64,000 nt of DNA, from contig OY820905.2 in the NCBI GenBank assembly GCA_963555755.3, positions 4,224,001 to 4,288,000 on the forward strand, written 5' to 3'. Source of the DNA: Nitrospirales bacterium. GTDB taxonomy: Bacteria; Nitrospirota; Nitrospiria; Nitrospirales; UBA8639. The position numbers were made by a program, and so were the translations under genes. This document shows positions 36,176 to 45,870 of the stretch, in pieces. Every line of letters starts with the position of its first letter. Position 1 is the first letter of the stretch. A model generated the notes under the pieces. The model did not search any database, was not told the DNA's origin, and worked only from the letters and a program-made list of their open reading frames with translations.

Positions 36176-36649
36176 ATGGAAGCCATCACCTTCCGTCGGG
36201 CACGACCCGACGAGGCACAGCAGCTCACAGAACTCGCCTTTGCTTCGAAGCGGTACTGGGGTTACTCAGACGCGCTCATCGAACTTTGGCGCTGTGATCT
36301 CGAATTCAGTCCAGGTTCGATCCGAGTCTGGCCTACCTTCATCGCGGAGCAGACGGGTTGTTTGGTTGGCGTGTTCGCGGTCTCGAAATCGGAAGACATA
36401 GCCGAGCTCGAGGCCCTGTGGGTTCATCCCTCGTGTTTCCGTCAAGGTCTCGGCCGTGCTCTCTTCCGGAAGGCTGTCGCTGAGGCACGAGCGCAGGGTG
36501 CCACCTCTCTCGTCATAAAATCAGATCCTAACGCGGAGCCGTTCTACATTCGTATGGGTGCATCACCAGCAGGCTCGGTGCCGTCGACCCCGGTCGGCCG
36601 ACGGCTCCCTAGGCTGATCTTTAACCTTGGTGAGTCGGTGGCTGTCTAA
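36176..36649 (+). CDS. GNAT-family acetyltransferase
   Basis: SK.YWGY, LWVHP...RQGLGRALF, SDPNAEPFY.RMGA. Confidence 0.9.
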   Translation: MEAITFRRARPDEAQQLTELAFASKRYWGYSDALIELWRCDLEFSPGSIRVWPTFIAEQTGCLVGVFAVSKSEDIAELEALWVHPSCFRQGLGRALFRKAVAEARAQGATSLVIKSDPNAEPFYIRMGASPAGSVPSTPVGRRLPRLIFNLGESVAV

Positions 36650-36687
36650 CAAGGGGTTTGGCTATGCAGCTGAGCGCCCGGTTAGTA
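36644..36687 (+). other. Shortened attC-like site
   Basis: GTCTAACAAG...GCAGCTGAGCGCCCGGTTAGTA. Confidence 0.55.
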
Positions 36688-36714
36688 TTTCTATGAAAAT
36701 TTGAATGAATCAAA

Positions 36715-37410
36715 ATGAAGAAATTCGCGCTCATTGCTGAATATGATCCAAACTTTGAGCCCCATGTCTCCACCGAAAAAGCCCTTAGACATTCCGCGGA
36801 ATCTTTAGCGTTGCAGGTTGAGCACCAGTGGGTTTCAACCAATGATATTTGCGATTCATTATTTACGGACTTTGATGCGATATGGGTTGCTCCAGGTAGC
36901 CCTTATAAAAATATGGATAACACGTTATGGGCAATACGATATGCCAGGGAACATGATATTCCCTTTTTAGGAACCTGCGGAGGCTTCCAACACGTCATTA
37001 TCGAAATTGCTCGAAATGTTCTAGGATTTGAAGATGCCGAACATGCCGAACATGCCGAATACGATCCATATAGTAGTAAGCTATTTATCTCCGAACTCTC
37101 TTGTTCTTTAGCTGGTAAAGAGATGGATTTAGAGCTCGTGCCCGAATCGAAAGTTGCTGAGTACTATGGAGCGACGACAGCTAAGGAGAAATATTACTGC
37201 AATTTCGGCGTGAATTCTGAGTGGACTGAGGAATTAAGAAAGGCTCCAATTGGTTTTGTTGGATCGGACTCTGAAGGCGAGATCAGAATTATTGAGCTTG
37301 CCACCAATAGTTTTTTTGTCGCCACCCTCTTTGTCCCGCAAGCAAAATCGACACGAGATAATCCGCATCCACTGATCACGAGCTTTGTGAAAGAAGTCGT
37401 ATGCCAATAA
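36715..37410 (+). CDS. Glutamine amidotransferase related to the CTP synthase C-terminal domain
   Basis: PGSPY, IRYARE..IPFLGTCGGFQH, FFVATLF.PQ, PHPLI; small AEH-AEH 9-bp duplication. Confidence 0.85.
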   Translation: MKKFALIAEYDPNFEPHVSTEKALRHSAESLALQVEHQWVSTNDICDSLFTDFDAIWVAPGSPYKNMDNTLWAIRYAREHDIPFLGTCGGFQHVIIEIARNVLGFEDAEHAEHAEYDPYSSKLFISELSCSLAGKEMDLELVPESKVAEYYGATTAKEKYYCNFGVNSEWTEELRKAPIGFVGSDSEGEIRIIELATNSFFVATLFVPQAKSTRDNPHPLITSFVKEVVCQ

Positions 37411-37511
37411 GGTGAAACAATGGTCTTCAGTTGGCCACCAACAGCGGCGTTCCTTGGCGCACTGCTTTTGTTGGCAATAGAACATAGACATTAGGTTGTA
37501 GGGATTACCAT

Positions 37512-38075
37512 ATGGAACAGAACGCGATTTTTTTAGAGACGGTATGGAGAGAATATCGTGAGCAACTACTCGCCTTCATCCGTACAAAAATTAGTTCTCC
37601 TGAAGATGCGGAAGATATACTAACGGAAGTATTTGTAAAATTGGCGAGGCAGGAGGCGGTATCTAGAACTCCCTATTCATTGCCCAATTGGTTATATCGT
37701 GTTAGCAGAAACTCGATAATTGATTTTTATCGTATGCGTAGGCCCCTGGAAAGCTTGCCAGAGGACCTCATTCAGGAACAACCCGATCCACAAATATTAA
37801 CGACACTATCTGCATGCATCTCACCCATGATTCATATGTTACCGGATGTGTATAAATCTCCAATGCTTCTTTCCGAAATAGAGGGGAAAAAGCAAAAGCA
37901 GGTCGCGATAGAATTGGGATTAAGCCTGCCAGCGGTTAAATCCAGAATTTTGCGAGGACGAAAAAAGCTGAAAGCTCTGATGGTAAGTTGTTGCACCCTG
38001 TATCAAAATAAAAGTGGACAAATAATTGATTATAAACAAATTTCAAGCGAATTTTGTGACAAGTGTGAGGATTAG
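37512..38075 (+). CDS. ECF sigma factor, SigZ-like
   Basis: DAEDIL.EVF.K, WLYR..RN.IIDFYR, VKSRILRGRKKL...CC. Confidence 0.85.
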   Translation: MEQNAIFLETVWREYREQLLAFIRTKISSPEDAEDILTEVFVKLARQEAVSRTPYSLPNWLYRVSRNSIIDFYRMRRPLESLPEDLIQEQPDPQILTTLSACISPMIHMLPDVYKSPMLLSEIEGKKQKQVAIELGLSLPAVKSRILRGRKKLKALMVSCCTLYQNKSGQIIDYKQISSEFCDKCED

Positions 38076-38168
38076 ACGATTTGCAATGCGTCCTTTTCTG
38101 AGGTGTGTCGTCTGTACCAGTGAGAATGTCGATTTCCGGCACTTCGATTAACCTCAGATAAGGAGAAC

Positions 38169-38672
38169 ATGATGAAACGTCTGCATATCCACATTGCGGT
38201 AAAAAACCTTTCAGAAAGTATCGGGTTTTATTCTACTCTCCTGGGGAGCCCTCCAACCGCAGCACGTGAAGATTACGCAAAATGGAATCTGCATGATCCA
38301 GCAGTAAATTTTGCGATATCCATGCGAGGCCACTCAATCGGTATTAATCATCTGGGGTTCCAGGTCGACTCAGAAGAGGAATTGAGGGAAATATCAGAAC
38401 GTCTGGATAAAGCGTCGATGCCTTCCACTAAACAGGAGAACGCGTCATGTTGCTATTCTCGATCTAATAAACATTGGACTCTTGATCCCCAAGGTATAGC
38501 CTGGGAGAGTTTCCATACAGTGGGTCATATTGATGTCTTTGGAGAAGATACACAGGCTAAATCAGAAGAGAATGCTTCCGTATGCTGCATTCCGTTGCAC
38601 AACGAGAATGTAGAAAACGAAACGGAATGCTGTATACCCAATGAAAATGAAGTGACAGGGTGTTGTTCATAA
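38169..38672 (+). CDS. ArsI/CadI-family VOC metalloenzyme
   Basis: RLHIH, DYAKW...DP.VNFAI, NHLG.QV, CCY....K.W..DPQG..WE.F; Cys-rich tail. Confidence 0.85.
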   Translation: MMKRLHIHIAVKNLSESIGFYSTLLGSPPTAAREDYAKWNLHDPAVNFAISMRGHSIGINHLGFQVDSEEELREISERLDKASMPSTKQENASCCYSRSNKHWTLDPQGIAWESFHTVGHIDVFGEDTQAKSEENASVCCIPLHNENVENETECCIPNENEVTGCCS

Positions 38673-38752
38673 AACCTGCCATGAGCATAAAGACGGGTTT
38701 CTTGGGCGGCGCTTTGCTCTGTCTAAGAAACCGATTATGTAAGCGTGATATG
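38667..38752 (+). other. Degenerate attC-like site
   Basis: CATAA..GGTTTCTT...AAGAAACC..TTATG palindrome ending GCGTGATATG. Confidence 0.55.
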
Positions 38753-38765
38753 GGAATTGAGGCTC

Positions 38766-39131
38766 ATGGCTAAAGAATATTTAGAGAAACTATCAGTCTT
38801 TATAGAAAAGGCAACGTCTGATTATTCTGAAAACATGCACCTCGACTGCAAACATTTTTTTAGTGGTGCCGCACTCTATGCAGGGGAAAGAATATGCATA
38901 TCCTTAACGCCGGTTGGGTTAGCGATGAGGCTTCCAGAAAAAATCAAAGACACACTGATAAAAAATAACAAAGCGGTTCCACTGAGATATTTCCCGAAAG
39001 GCCCCATTAAAAAGGATTATGTGTTGTTTGCCGGTGGGGTAGAAAAAGGTGGAAAGGCGCTACATAAATATGTGAAGACAAGCATTGAGTATGTTCTCTC
39101 AATACCAAAACCCAAAAGAAAATCGAAATAA
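38766..39131 (+). CDS. TfoX/Sxy N-terminal-like protein
   Basis: CKHFFSGAALY, GLAMRLP, KDYVL; paralog at 41835. Confidence 0.7.
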   Translation: MAKEYLEKLSVFIEKATSDYSENMHLDCKHFFSGAALYAGERICISLTPVGLAMRLPEKIKDTLIKNNKAVPLRYFPKGPIKKDYVLFAGGVEKGGKALHKYVKTSIEYVLSIPKPKRKSK

Positions 39132-39229
39132 CAAGAAAGCCATAGCACAAGTCAATTTCAGCAGTCCCAATACCGTGCCGCTCCCATCGTCGTTCTGCGG
39201 CATCAGTCGGCTGATTTGCAACGTTATAT
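39129..39229 (+). other. Degenerate attC-like site
   Basis: ACAAGTCAATTTCAGC...GCTGATTTGCAACGTTATAT. Confidence 0.6.
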
Positions 39230-39247
39230 TATAAGGAATGCTGAGTC

Positions 39248-39667
39248 ATGGCTATTACCGGATCATGTTTTTGTGGAGCTATCGCATACAAAATTGAAGG
39301 AAAGTTGCGAGATGCACGATCTTGTCATTGTTCAACCTGCCGGAAAGCTTTTAGTGCTCAAGCGTCGGCCTATGCGCTTGTTGAACCCGATGAGTTCACT
39401 TGGGTTTCTGGTGAAGACTTACTCACCACCTATGAATCCAAGGATGGTAAAGGGTTGCAGTTCTGTCGAATCTGCGGCTCGACACTGTGTGGAACATTCA
39501 AAGGCCAAATACATGGGGTTACACTCGGATGCACAGACGGCGATCCAGGTATCCGATTGGGCATGCATATTTTTGTTGGGGAAAAAGCGTCTTGGGAAAC
39601 ATTGCCAGATGATGGAATCCCTCAATATGAAGAGTCTCCGCCTGAAAATTCATCAGAGAAGAGCTAA
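39248..39667 (+). CDS. GFA (glutathione-dependent formaldehyde-activating) family protein
   Basis: GSCFCGAI, CHCSTCRK, FCRICGS, HIFV..KASW. Confidence 0.9.
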   Translation: MAITGSCFCGAIAYKIEGKLRDARSCHCSTCRKAFSAQASAYALVEPDEFTWVSGEDLLTTYESKDGKGLQFCRICGSTLCGTFKGQIHGVTLGCTDGDPGIRLGMHIFVGEKASWETLPDDGIPQYEESPPENSSEKS

Positions 39668-39748
39668 CACAGCAATTCGCCCCAGATTACCAAAAGCGGC
39701 GCACCTTCATTAGTAGATGTTGCCAATCGGTAATTTTCGACGTTTTCG
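39662..39748 (+). other. Degenerate attC-like site
   Basis: AGCTAAC overlapping the stop codon ... GATT...AATCGGTAATTTTCGACGTT. Confidence 0.5.
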
Positions 39749-39770
39749 ATTAAAACGGGGGAACCTTACC

Positions 39771-40475
39771 TTGTTCTCAGGCAAAAGAGTCTTAATTCTA
39801 GACATGAACAGCACATTTATGTTTGGTGAAGACCGATTCGGAGATGCAGAAGATTTCTCGCTGTATTATTTCCAAATTGGTGGGACACTTCTAAAAGATG
39901 AAATCAATCGAATCGTACGCACAACGTATGAATACTTGGCTGCCCGGTACACAGATGAAACCTTTCGGCACAACTTTCCATCTGTGGAATCCGCAGTTCG
40001 AAAAGTCGCTGGTGTAGACATTGAGAGAAATGAAATTGAAAAAATCGTGAATACCTTTGCCTTCCATGAACTGGGATACATCCCAAGTGATTATGTCACG
40101 GCGCTTCAAAAGTTGCGGCAACATTTTCTTTTAGCCGCCGTCATTGACATTTGGGCACCGAAAACTAGTTGGCTCAATACCTTTAAGCGCGAAGGAATTG
40201 CGGATCTATTTTCAGTCACATCGTTTTCCTCTGACCATGGCATGGTCAAACCTTCTCCTAAACCTTTTGAAAGGGTGTTGCGTCAGCTTGGAATAGCTAA
40301 CTCAGAAGCAATCGTCATTGGCGATTCACCGCGAAGAGATCTTGGTGGTGCAAAGAGCGCTGGAATTGACTGTATACTCGTTGGCGGCTCTGAACATCCA
40401 GACGCGATAAAAAGTTTTGCTAACTTGCTAAAACTATGCGACGCAATGTATCAACGGGTTCCGGCCAATCCATAA
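39771..40475 (+). CDS. HAD-family hydrolase
   Basis: LDMNST, KPSP..F, IGDS..RDLGGA..AG; start chosen after the attC remnant. Confidence 0.8.
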   Translation: MFSGKRVLILDMNSTFMFGEDRFGDAEDFSLYYFQIGGTLLKDEINRIVRTTYEYLAARYTDETFRHNFPSVESAVRKVAGVDIERNEIEKIVNTFAFHELGYIPSDYVTALQKLRQHFLLAAVIDIWAPKTSWLNTFKREGIADLFSVTSFSSDHGMVKPSPKPFERVLRQLGIANSEAIVIGDSPRRDLGGAKSAGIDCILVGGSEHPDAIKSFANLLKLCDAMYQRVPANP

Positions 40476-40600
40476 AAAATATGGGAAAATTTTTGGTGAG
40501 GACATACCGTTGAAACGCGAAACGATGTATAGGGATTACATTCAGTGAAAATCAAACGCGTTGCTGGGCTAGGATTTCCCACCCATGTACATGGTGCGAA

Positions 40601-40924
40601 ATGAAAAATATAAAAGATTACGCTATAGATTTCGAATCGTTACCTTGGGAATCCCCAGCACCGGGTGTTCGATTCAAAGCATTTGTTCAAGGCCCAAAAA
40701 AGATACGTATCATTGAGTTTACGGAAGAATACGTCGAGCCTGCTTGGTGCAGTAAAGGGCACATTGGTTATGTTGTAGAAGGAGAAATGGAAGTGGAATT
40801 TGAGGGGGCCATTAGAAAATTCAAAGGTGGTGACGGGCTCTTTATCCCGAAAGGAGACGAAAATAAGCATAGGCATTATTCGACTAGTAAACCTACAACG
40901 CTTTTCTTGGTGGAAGATGCCTAA
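40601..40924 (+). CDS. Cupin-domain protein
   Basis: WCSKGHIGYVVEGE..GDGLFIP.G...H. Confidence 0.8.
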   Translation: MKNIKDYAIDFESLPWESPAPGVRFKAFVQGPKKIRIIEFTEEYVEPAWCSKGHIGYVVEGEMEVEFEGAIRKFKGGDGLFIPKGDENKHRHYSTSKPTTLFLVEDA

Positions 40925-40939
40925 CCAGAGAGGTCTGCG

Positions 40940-41299
40940 ATGAACGAACACGAAAAAATAAATTGCGTTGAATTTCCCGCAAAAGATATAGAGGCAACAA
41001 AAGCCTTTTTCACTGCAGTATTCGGCTGGATTTTTGTCGATTACGGGCCGGAATATAGTGCCTTCTCACATGCAGGTATTGACGGGGGCTTTTTTAAATC
41101 GGATCTCACGGTCTTAACAAAAAATGGTAGTGCCCTCATCGTGTTCTACAGTAAGGACTTACATCAAACACAGGTAAAAATTGAGGGCGCTGGAGGTTCA
41201 ATCATACAACCAATATTTTCATTTCCAGGTGGTCGTCGCTTTCACTTTGGCGATCCCAATGGGAACGAGTATGCCGTGTGGTCAGATGGCAAAGAATAA
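40940..41299 (+). CDS. VOC/glyoxalase family protein
   Basis: VEFPA.D, FGW.F.DYGPEY, FPGGRRFHF.DP.GNE.AVWS. Confidence 0.9.
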   Translation: MNEHEKINCVEFPAKDIEATKAFFTAVFGWIFVDYGPEYSAFSHAGIDGGFFKSDLTVLTKNGSALIVFYSKDLHQTQVKIEGAGGSIIQPIFSFPGGRRFHFGDPNGNEYAVWSDGKE

Positions 41300-41328
41300 T
41301 TTGCACCATTCTGGTTGAGGGACTTTCA

Positions 41329-41775
41329 ATGAGTAAACCGTATTTAGAGCCTACACAGGAATCGGGAGCAGAACTGTTCTCACGCAATATTTCAGGTGAA
41401 ATTATCATGCTGAATCTTTTGCGATTTCGTGAAGTGGCAGATTATTCAGCGACACCAGCTTTAGCTCCGACTGAGAGTGTATCTGGAAGAGAGGCCTATC
41501 AGAACTATATCGATCACACCTTGCCATTTCTGAGAGAAAGTGGCGGAGAACTGGTCTTGTTGGGTGAAGGGGGGAAATACTTAATCGGCCCCCAAGACGA
41601 ATATTGGGATGTCGTGATGCTGGTTCGCCAAGGATCCTTGGACGTGTTTATGGCATTTGCGTCAAATGAAGGGTACTTAGCAGGCATTGGTCATCGAATG
41701 GCTGCGCTAGAAGACTCTCGCCTCTTACCGCTTGTAGAATGTAAAGACTGCAACGTCATAAAGTCCTCGATTTGA
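41329..41775 (+). CDS. DUF1330-like protein
   Basis: MLNLLRFRE.ADY, SGREAY..Y, WD...LV, HR.AALEDSRL. Confidence 0.8.
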   Translation: MSKPYLEPTQESGAELFSRNISGEIIMLNLLRFREVADYSATPALAPTESVSGREAYQNYIDHTLPFLRESGGELVLLGEGGKYLIGPQDEYWDVVMLVRQGSLDVFMAFASNEGYLAGIGHRMAALEDSRLLPLVECKDCNVIKSSI

Positions 41776-41982
41776 CCCTGTCGGCCTTGCTCCAATTCTG
41801 AGATTTCGTTTACGTTTTTTTGCAATAGAAGCTCATGGCAAAAGAATATTTGGAGAAATTGTCGGTCTTCATAGAAAAGGCCACATGTGATTATTCTAAA
41901 AATATCGTAACTACTCAGGTCAATTTTCTATAGCCTGATTTTTTTCTGGACTAACGGCTCCACCCATGGCATAATCGGGGCC

Positions 41983-42870
41983 ATGAATGAAGCGATTACA
42001 TGTCAAGGTCGTCGCCTCCCCCAATCTGATCTGTGCTGGTTACGCCATCTGGTTTGCCGGCACCCTGACTGGAGCCGCCATAAAATAACCCAGCATATTT
42101 GTCGGCACTGGGGCTGGCAGACCCCGTCCGGACAACTGAAAACCTTTGCCGCCCGCAGCATGATCGACAAACTCGAACATCGCGGGCTCCTGAAGCTGCC
42201 CCCGATTCGTGTCGCCTCTCGACGCAACATCTTCCCCCCTTTCCGAAAGGGGTTTATGCCTCCCGAAGCCCCGCACATCGACGCAGCTCTCAAGACCCTG
42301 ACGCCCCTGTCCATTCATATTCCAACCTCACATTCCTACGAAGCCAGTTGTGTGGGATATTACCTGAGCCACCATCACTACCTCGGGTTCACCCGAACGG
42401 TCGGTGAACATCTCAAGTACCTGGTGCGGGATCGCTCCGGGCAGGATCTGGCCTGCCTCCTCTTCGGTTCCGCCGCCTGGAAAACCACCCCGCGCGACAC
42501 CTTTATCGGCTGGGAGCCGGACACCCGAGCCGCCAACCTCAACTTCATGACCAACAATACCCGCTTTCTCATCCTGCCCTGGGTGCGTGTGCCGCATCTG
42601 GCCAGCCATCTCCTGGGCCGGGTCATGAGACGTCTCCGGCAGGACTGGATCGAGAAATACGGCCATCCCGTCCACTTGGTGGAGACCTTTGTGGAGCGAG
42701 ACCGCTTCAAAGGTATCTGCTATCAGGCCGCGAACTGGCTCTATGTCGGGCAGACCAAAGGCCGGTCCCGGCAGGACCGTGACAAGGCTCTGCGCGTGCC
42801 GGTGAAGGCAATTTATCTCTATCCCCTCATCCGCCACTTCCGACAGGCCCTCTGCCGGAGCAAGCCATGA
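41983..42870 (+). CDS. DUF4338/DruA-like protein
   Basis: Identical translation to 17319-18206. Confidence 0.85.
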   Translation: MNEAITCQGRRLPQSDLCWLRHLVCRHPDWSRHKITQHICRHWGWQTPSGQLKTFAARSMIDKLEHRGLLKLPPIRVASRRNIFPPFRKGFMPPEAPHIDAALKTLTPLSIHIPTSHSYEASCVGYYLSHHHYLGFTRTVGEHLKYLVRDRSGQDLACLLFGSAAWKTTPRDTFIGWEPDTRAANLNFMTNNTRFLILPWVRVPHLASHLLGRVMRRLRQDWIEKYGHPVHLVETFVERDRFKGICYQAANWLYVGQTKGRSRQDRDKALRVPVKAIYLYPLIRHFRQALCRSKP

Positions 42871-44315
42871 CCTTCACCCGCGACGCACTCCTCATCCTGG
42901 CCAAGAGCAACCCCGAGGCGCTCGTCGAACTGATCCTGGCGCTGCAGGAACAGGGGCAGGCGCTGACCACGCATGTCACCGAACTGGCACAGCGGCTCGA
43001 CCAACACAGTCGCAACAGCAGCAAACCGCCCTCGTCCGATGGACCGGCCAAGCCCCGAACCAAGAGCCTGCGCATACCTTCCGGGAAAAAGCCGGGCGGC
43101 CAACAGGGACATGCCGGCCAGACGTTAAAACAGGTGGAAACCCCAGACCACCTGGTCCACCTGCCTGTTCACTCCTGTTCCTGCCATGCCGACCTCACCA
43201 ACGAGACGGTCACCGGCTATGAACGCCGGCAGCTCTTTGAACTGCCGGAGCCAAAACTCGACGTCACCGAATATCGGGGAGCAATCAAAACCTGCCCCCA
43301 ATGCGGCCGCTCGGTCACGGCGTCATTTCCTGATGACCTGCCTGCGCCGGCACAGTACGGTCCCAGATTTCGCAGCCTCCTGGTCTACCTCCAGAACCAA
43401 CAGTTGATCCCCTTACGCCGTGTCAGCCAGATGATGGCTGATCTGTATGGCGCCTCGGTCAGCGACGCCACCATTGACGAGGCCTCCCGCCGAAGTTATG
43501 AGCACCTCGCGCCGTTCGAGACTGCGGTCAAAGAAGCGCTCGGCAAGAGTCCCATCCTCCATGCCGATGAAAGCGGCGTCCGCACGGCCGGGACGCTCCA
43601 CTGGCTCCACAGTGCCAGCACGGCCACGTTGACCTTTTACGGTGTGCACGCCAAACGGGGAAGAGAGGCGATCGAGCAGTTCCAGATCCTCCCGGATTTT
43701 GCTGGCCGCCTGATCCACGATTTCTGGAAACCCTATCTCTCCTATGACTGTGCCCACGGCCTCTGTAACGCCCATCATTTGCGGGAACTCACGTGCCTGT
43801 TCGAGCAGCACGAACAACCATGGGCCAAACACATGTTTGACCTGTTGCTGACGATGAACGTGTTTGTCAGCAAGCAACTCGCACAGTTAACGGAAGAACA
43901 GAAAACCCCCTGGCTGAAACAATACAGGGATCTTCTCACCCTCGGATGGCAGGCCAACCCCCTTCCGGCACCGCCACAGAAAAAGTCACGAGGCCGGCCC
44001 AAAAAGACCAAGGCCCAAAATCTCCTCACCCGTCTTGGCGAGCATGAAGCCTCCGTGCTCGCGTTCCTCCATGACAGACAGGTTCCCTTCACTAATAATC
44101 TGGCAGAACAGGATATCCGCATGATCAAGCTCCGCCTCAAAATATCCGGGTGTTTTCGAACGCTTCAAGGCGCGAGGCAGTTCGCCCGCATACGAAGCTA
44201 CCTTTCTACCGCGAGAAAGCAGGGCGGCAACATGCTGCAAGCCATTTCACAAGCCATGATCGGCCACCCCTTTATGCCTGCACAATTCACTACAAAGATC
44301 ATCACACCTGAGTAG
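42867..44315 (+). CDS. IS66-family transposase
   Basis: Identical translation to 18203-19651. Confidence 0.95.
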   Translation: MTFTRDALLILAKSNPEALVELILALQEQGQALTTHVTELAQRLDQHSRNSSKPPSSDGPAKPRTKSLRIPSGKKPGGQQGHAGQTLKQVETPDHLVHLPVHSCSCHADLTNETVTGYERRQLFELPEPKLDVTEYRGAIKTCPQCGRSVTASFPDDLPAPAQYGPRFRSLLVYLQNQQLIPLRRVSQMMADLYGASVSDATIDEASRRSYEHLAPFETAVKEALGKSPILHADESGVRTAGTLHWLHSASTATLTFYGVHAKRGREAIEQFQILPDFAGRLIHDFWKPYLSYDCAHGLCNAHHLRELTCLFEQHEQPWAKHMFDLLLTMNVFVSKQLAQLTEEQKTPWLKQYRDLLTLGWQANPLPAPPQKKSRGRPKKTKAQNLLTRLGEHEASVLAFLHDRQVPFTNNLAEQDIRMIKLRLKISGCFRTLQGARQFARIRSYLSTARKQGGNMLQAISQAMIGHPFMPAQFTTKIITPE

Positions 44316-44760
44316 TTACAAAATATCAATCTTGAATGCAAGCACTTCTTTAGTGGTGCTGCACTGTATGCGGATGAAGGAATCTGTATATCGTTAACCC
44401 CAGTTGGATTAGCCATGAAACTTCCAGAGGAAACCAAAGCAAGACTGTTAAAAATTAAGAAGGCCATCCCTCTGAGATACTTTCCAAAAGGTCCAATAAA
44501 AAAAGAGTATGTTCTGTTTCCCGGTGGCGTAGCAAAGGGTGGGAAGGTATTACAAAAATACGTGAAAGACAGTATCGAGTATGTGCTCACCTTTCCCAAG
44601 CCTAAAAGAAAGCAGTGAAAAGGTCATTTTTTGTTGAGAGATTTTCCGGAAGACTGCGATCTGCGGCCTCAGTATCCAGTGGAATAGTCAGGAAAGACAG
44701 CCCTTTACCAAATGGTGTATAACAAGTCCCTGGAGGAGATGCAGCGAAAAGGTTAAACCT

Positions 44761-45084
44761 ATGAATAAGATCCATATTGCTCTTGCAACCAACGACATAG
44801 AAGGAACCGTTAAAGATTACAGTCAGCGTCTAGGCTGTGCTCCGTGTGTTGTGGTTCCAAATCAATATGCGTTATGGCGCACAGAATCCATAAATATGTC
44901 CGTACGACAAGACTCTTCTTGTAAGCCTGGAGAACTACGTCACCTAGGGTGGGAAGATGCAGAAGCGGAGAAAATGTCGTCGGAAAAGGATGTCAATGAT
45001 ATTGTGTGGGAACACTTCTCTGCGGAGCAGCAATCTGATGAAATAGAAGAAGCGTGGCCCGGAACAGGATATATTCCTCAATAG
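44761..45084 (+). CDS. VOC-like hypothetical protein
   Basis: HIALA..D, YALWRT, LRHLGWED, D.N.I.WE.F. Confidence 0.7.
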   Translation: MNKIHIALATNDIEGTVKDYSQRLGCAPCVVVPNQYALWRTESINMSVRQDSSCKPGELRHLGWEDAEAEKMSSEKDVNDIVWEHFSAEQQSDEIEEAWPGTGYIPQ

Positions 45085-45154
45085 TTTTTGCAAAAATTAA
45101 ATCAATCGTCACATTCAGGAAGCTGAATGTTTCAGATGAAAGGAATGATCGACT

Positions 45155-45625
45155 ATGTCTTTATTGATTGGTGAAAATTCCGTTGTCAGCATGCATTATA
45201 AGCTCACTGACAATGATGGAAAGGTGGTGGATAGCTCAGAGGGCTCCAAGCCATTGGTGTACTTACACGGGGCGGGGAATATCGTGCCCGGCTTGGAAAA
45301 GGCACTGGTTGGGAAAGGAGAAGGAGATTCTCTGAAGGTGAGGGTTGAGCCTGCTGAAGGCTATGGAGAGGCCAATCCAGACGGCATCAAGACCATCGAA
45401 CGAGCGGCGTTTGAGGGGGTCGAGTCCGTTGAAGAAGGAATGACCTTTGAGGCACAAGCGCCGGACGGCAGCCCGCAAAGTATTGTGGTGAAAAAAGTGG
45501 ACGGTGATCAAGTCACCATTGATACCAATCATCCCCTAGCCGGTGTCGTGCTGAATTTTGATATTCAAATTGTCAGTGTGCGGAAATCGACGGAAGAAGA
45601 ACGCACCCACGGCCATGCTCACTAG
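45155..45625 (+). CDS. slyD: FKBP-type peptidyl-prolyl isomerase
   Basis: YLHG.GN.VPGLE.AL, P.EGYG, D.NHPLAG, His-containing tail. Confidence 0.92.
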   Translation: MSLLIGENSVVSMHYKLTDNDGKVVDSSEGSKPLVYLHGAGNIVPGLEKALVGKGEGDSLKVRVEPAEGYGEANPDGIKTIERAAFEGVESVEEGMTFEAQAPDGSPQSIVVKKVDGDQVTIDTNHPLAGVVLNFDIQIVSVRKSTEEERTHGHAH

Positions 45626-45870
45626 CATTGTGTACAAATATATGAAAAAGTCTTTTGGCCAGATTTTTTCGTTGGGGCGGGGGTGGAAAGTTTGATGGCA
45701 ATCAGTCATCAAAAGATGTGCCCGCAATCTTTAATTCTGTGGAAAAGCAGGCCCTGGCTACCCTTGGCAAGTAAGTCAATACTCATGCCTAACCCCACAC
45801 CTTTCGGGAAGCACGTGGTGCACTCATGTTTTAATGTGGGGGGAATTAGTTCTTGTGGGATAAGTTCAAT

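Larger units (their letters stand above)
41907..44319 (+). mobile_element. IS66-family element with DUF4338 gene, copy 2
   Basis: Same length, IRs and proteins as copy 1; 8-bp TSD AAAATATC. Confidence 0.95.
41835..44618 (+). pseudogene. Second TfoX-like gene, split by IS66-like copy 2
   Basis: MAKEYLEKLSVFIEKATCDYSKNI | NLECKHFFSGAALY...PKPKRKQ is in frame after IS removal. Confidence 0.9.
34062..45084 (+). other. Integron-type gene cassette array with degenerate attC sites, no integrase in the window (CALIN-like)
   Basis: About 14 short co-oriented lower-GC genes; attC-like imperfect palindromes ending in GTTAGGC / GTTAGTA / GTTATAT at gene boundaries. Confidence 0.7.
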
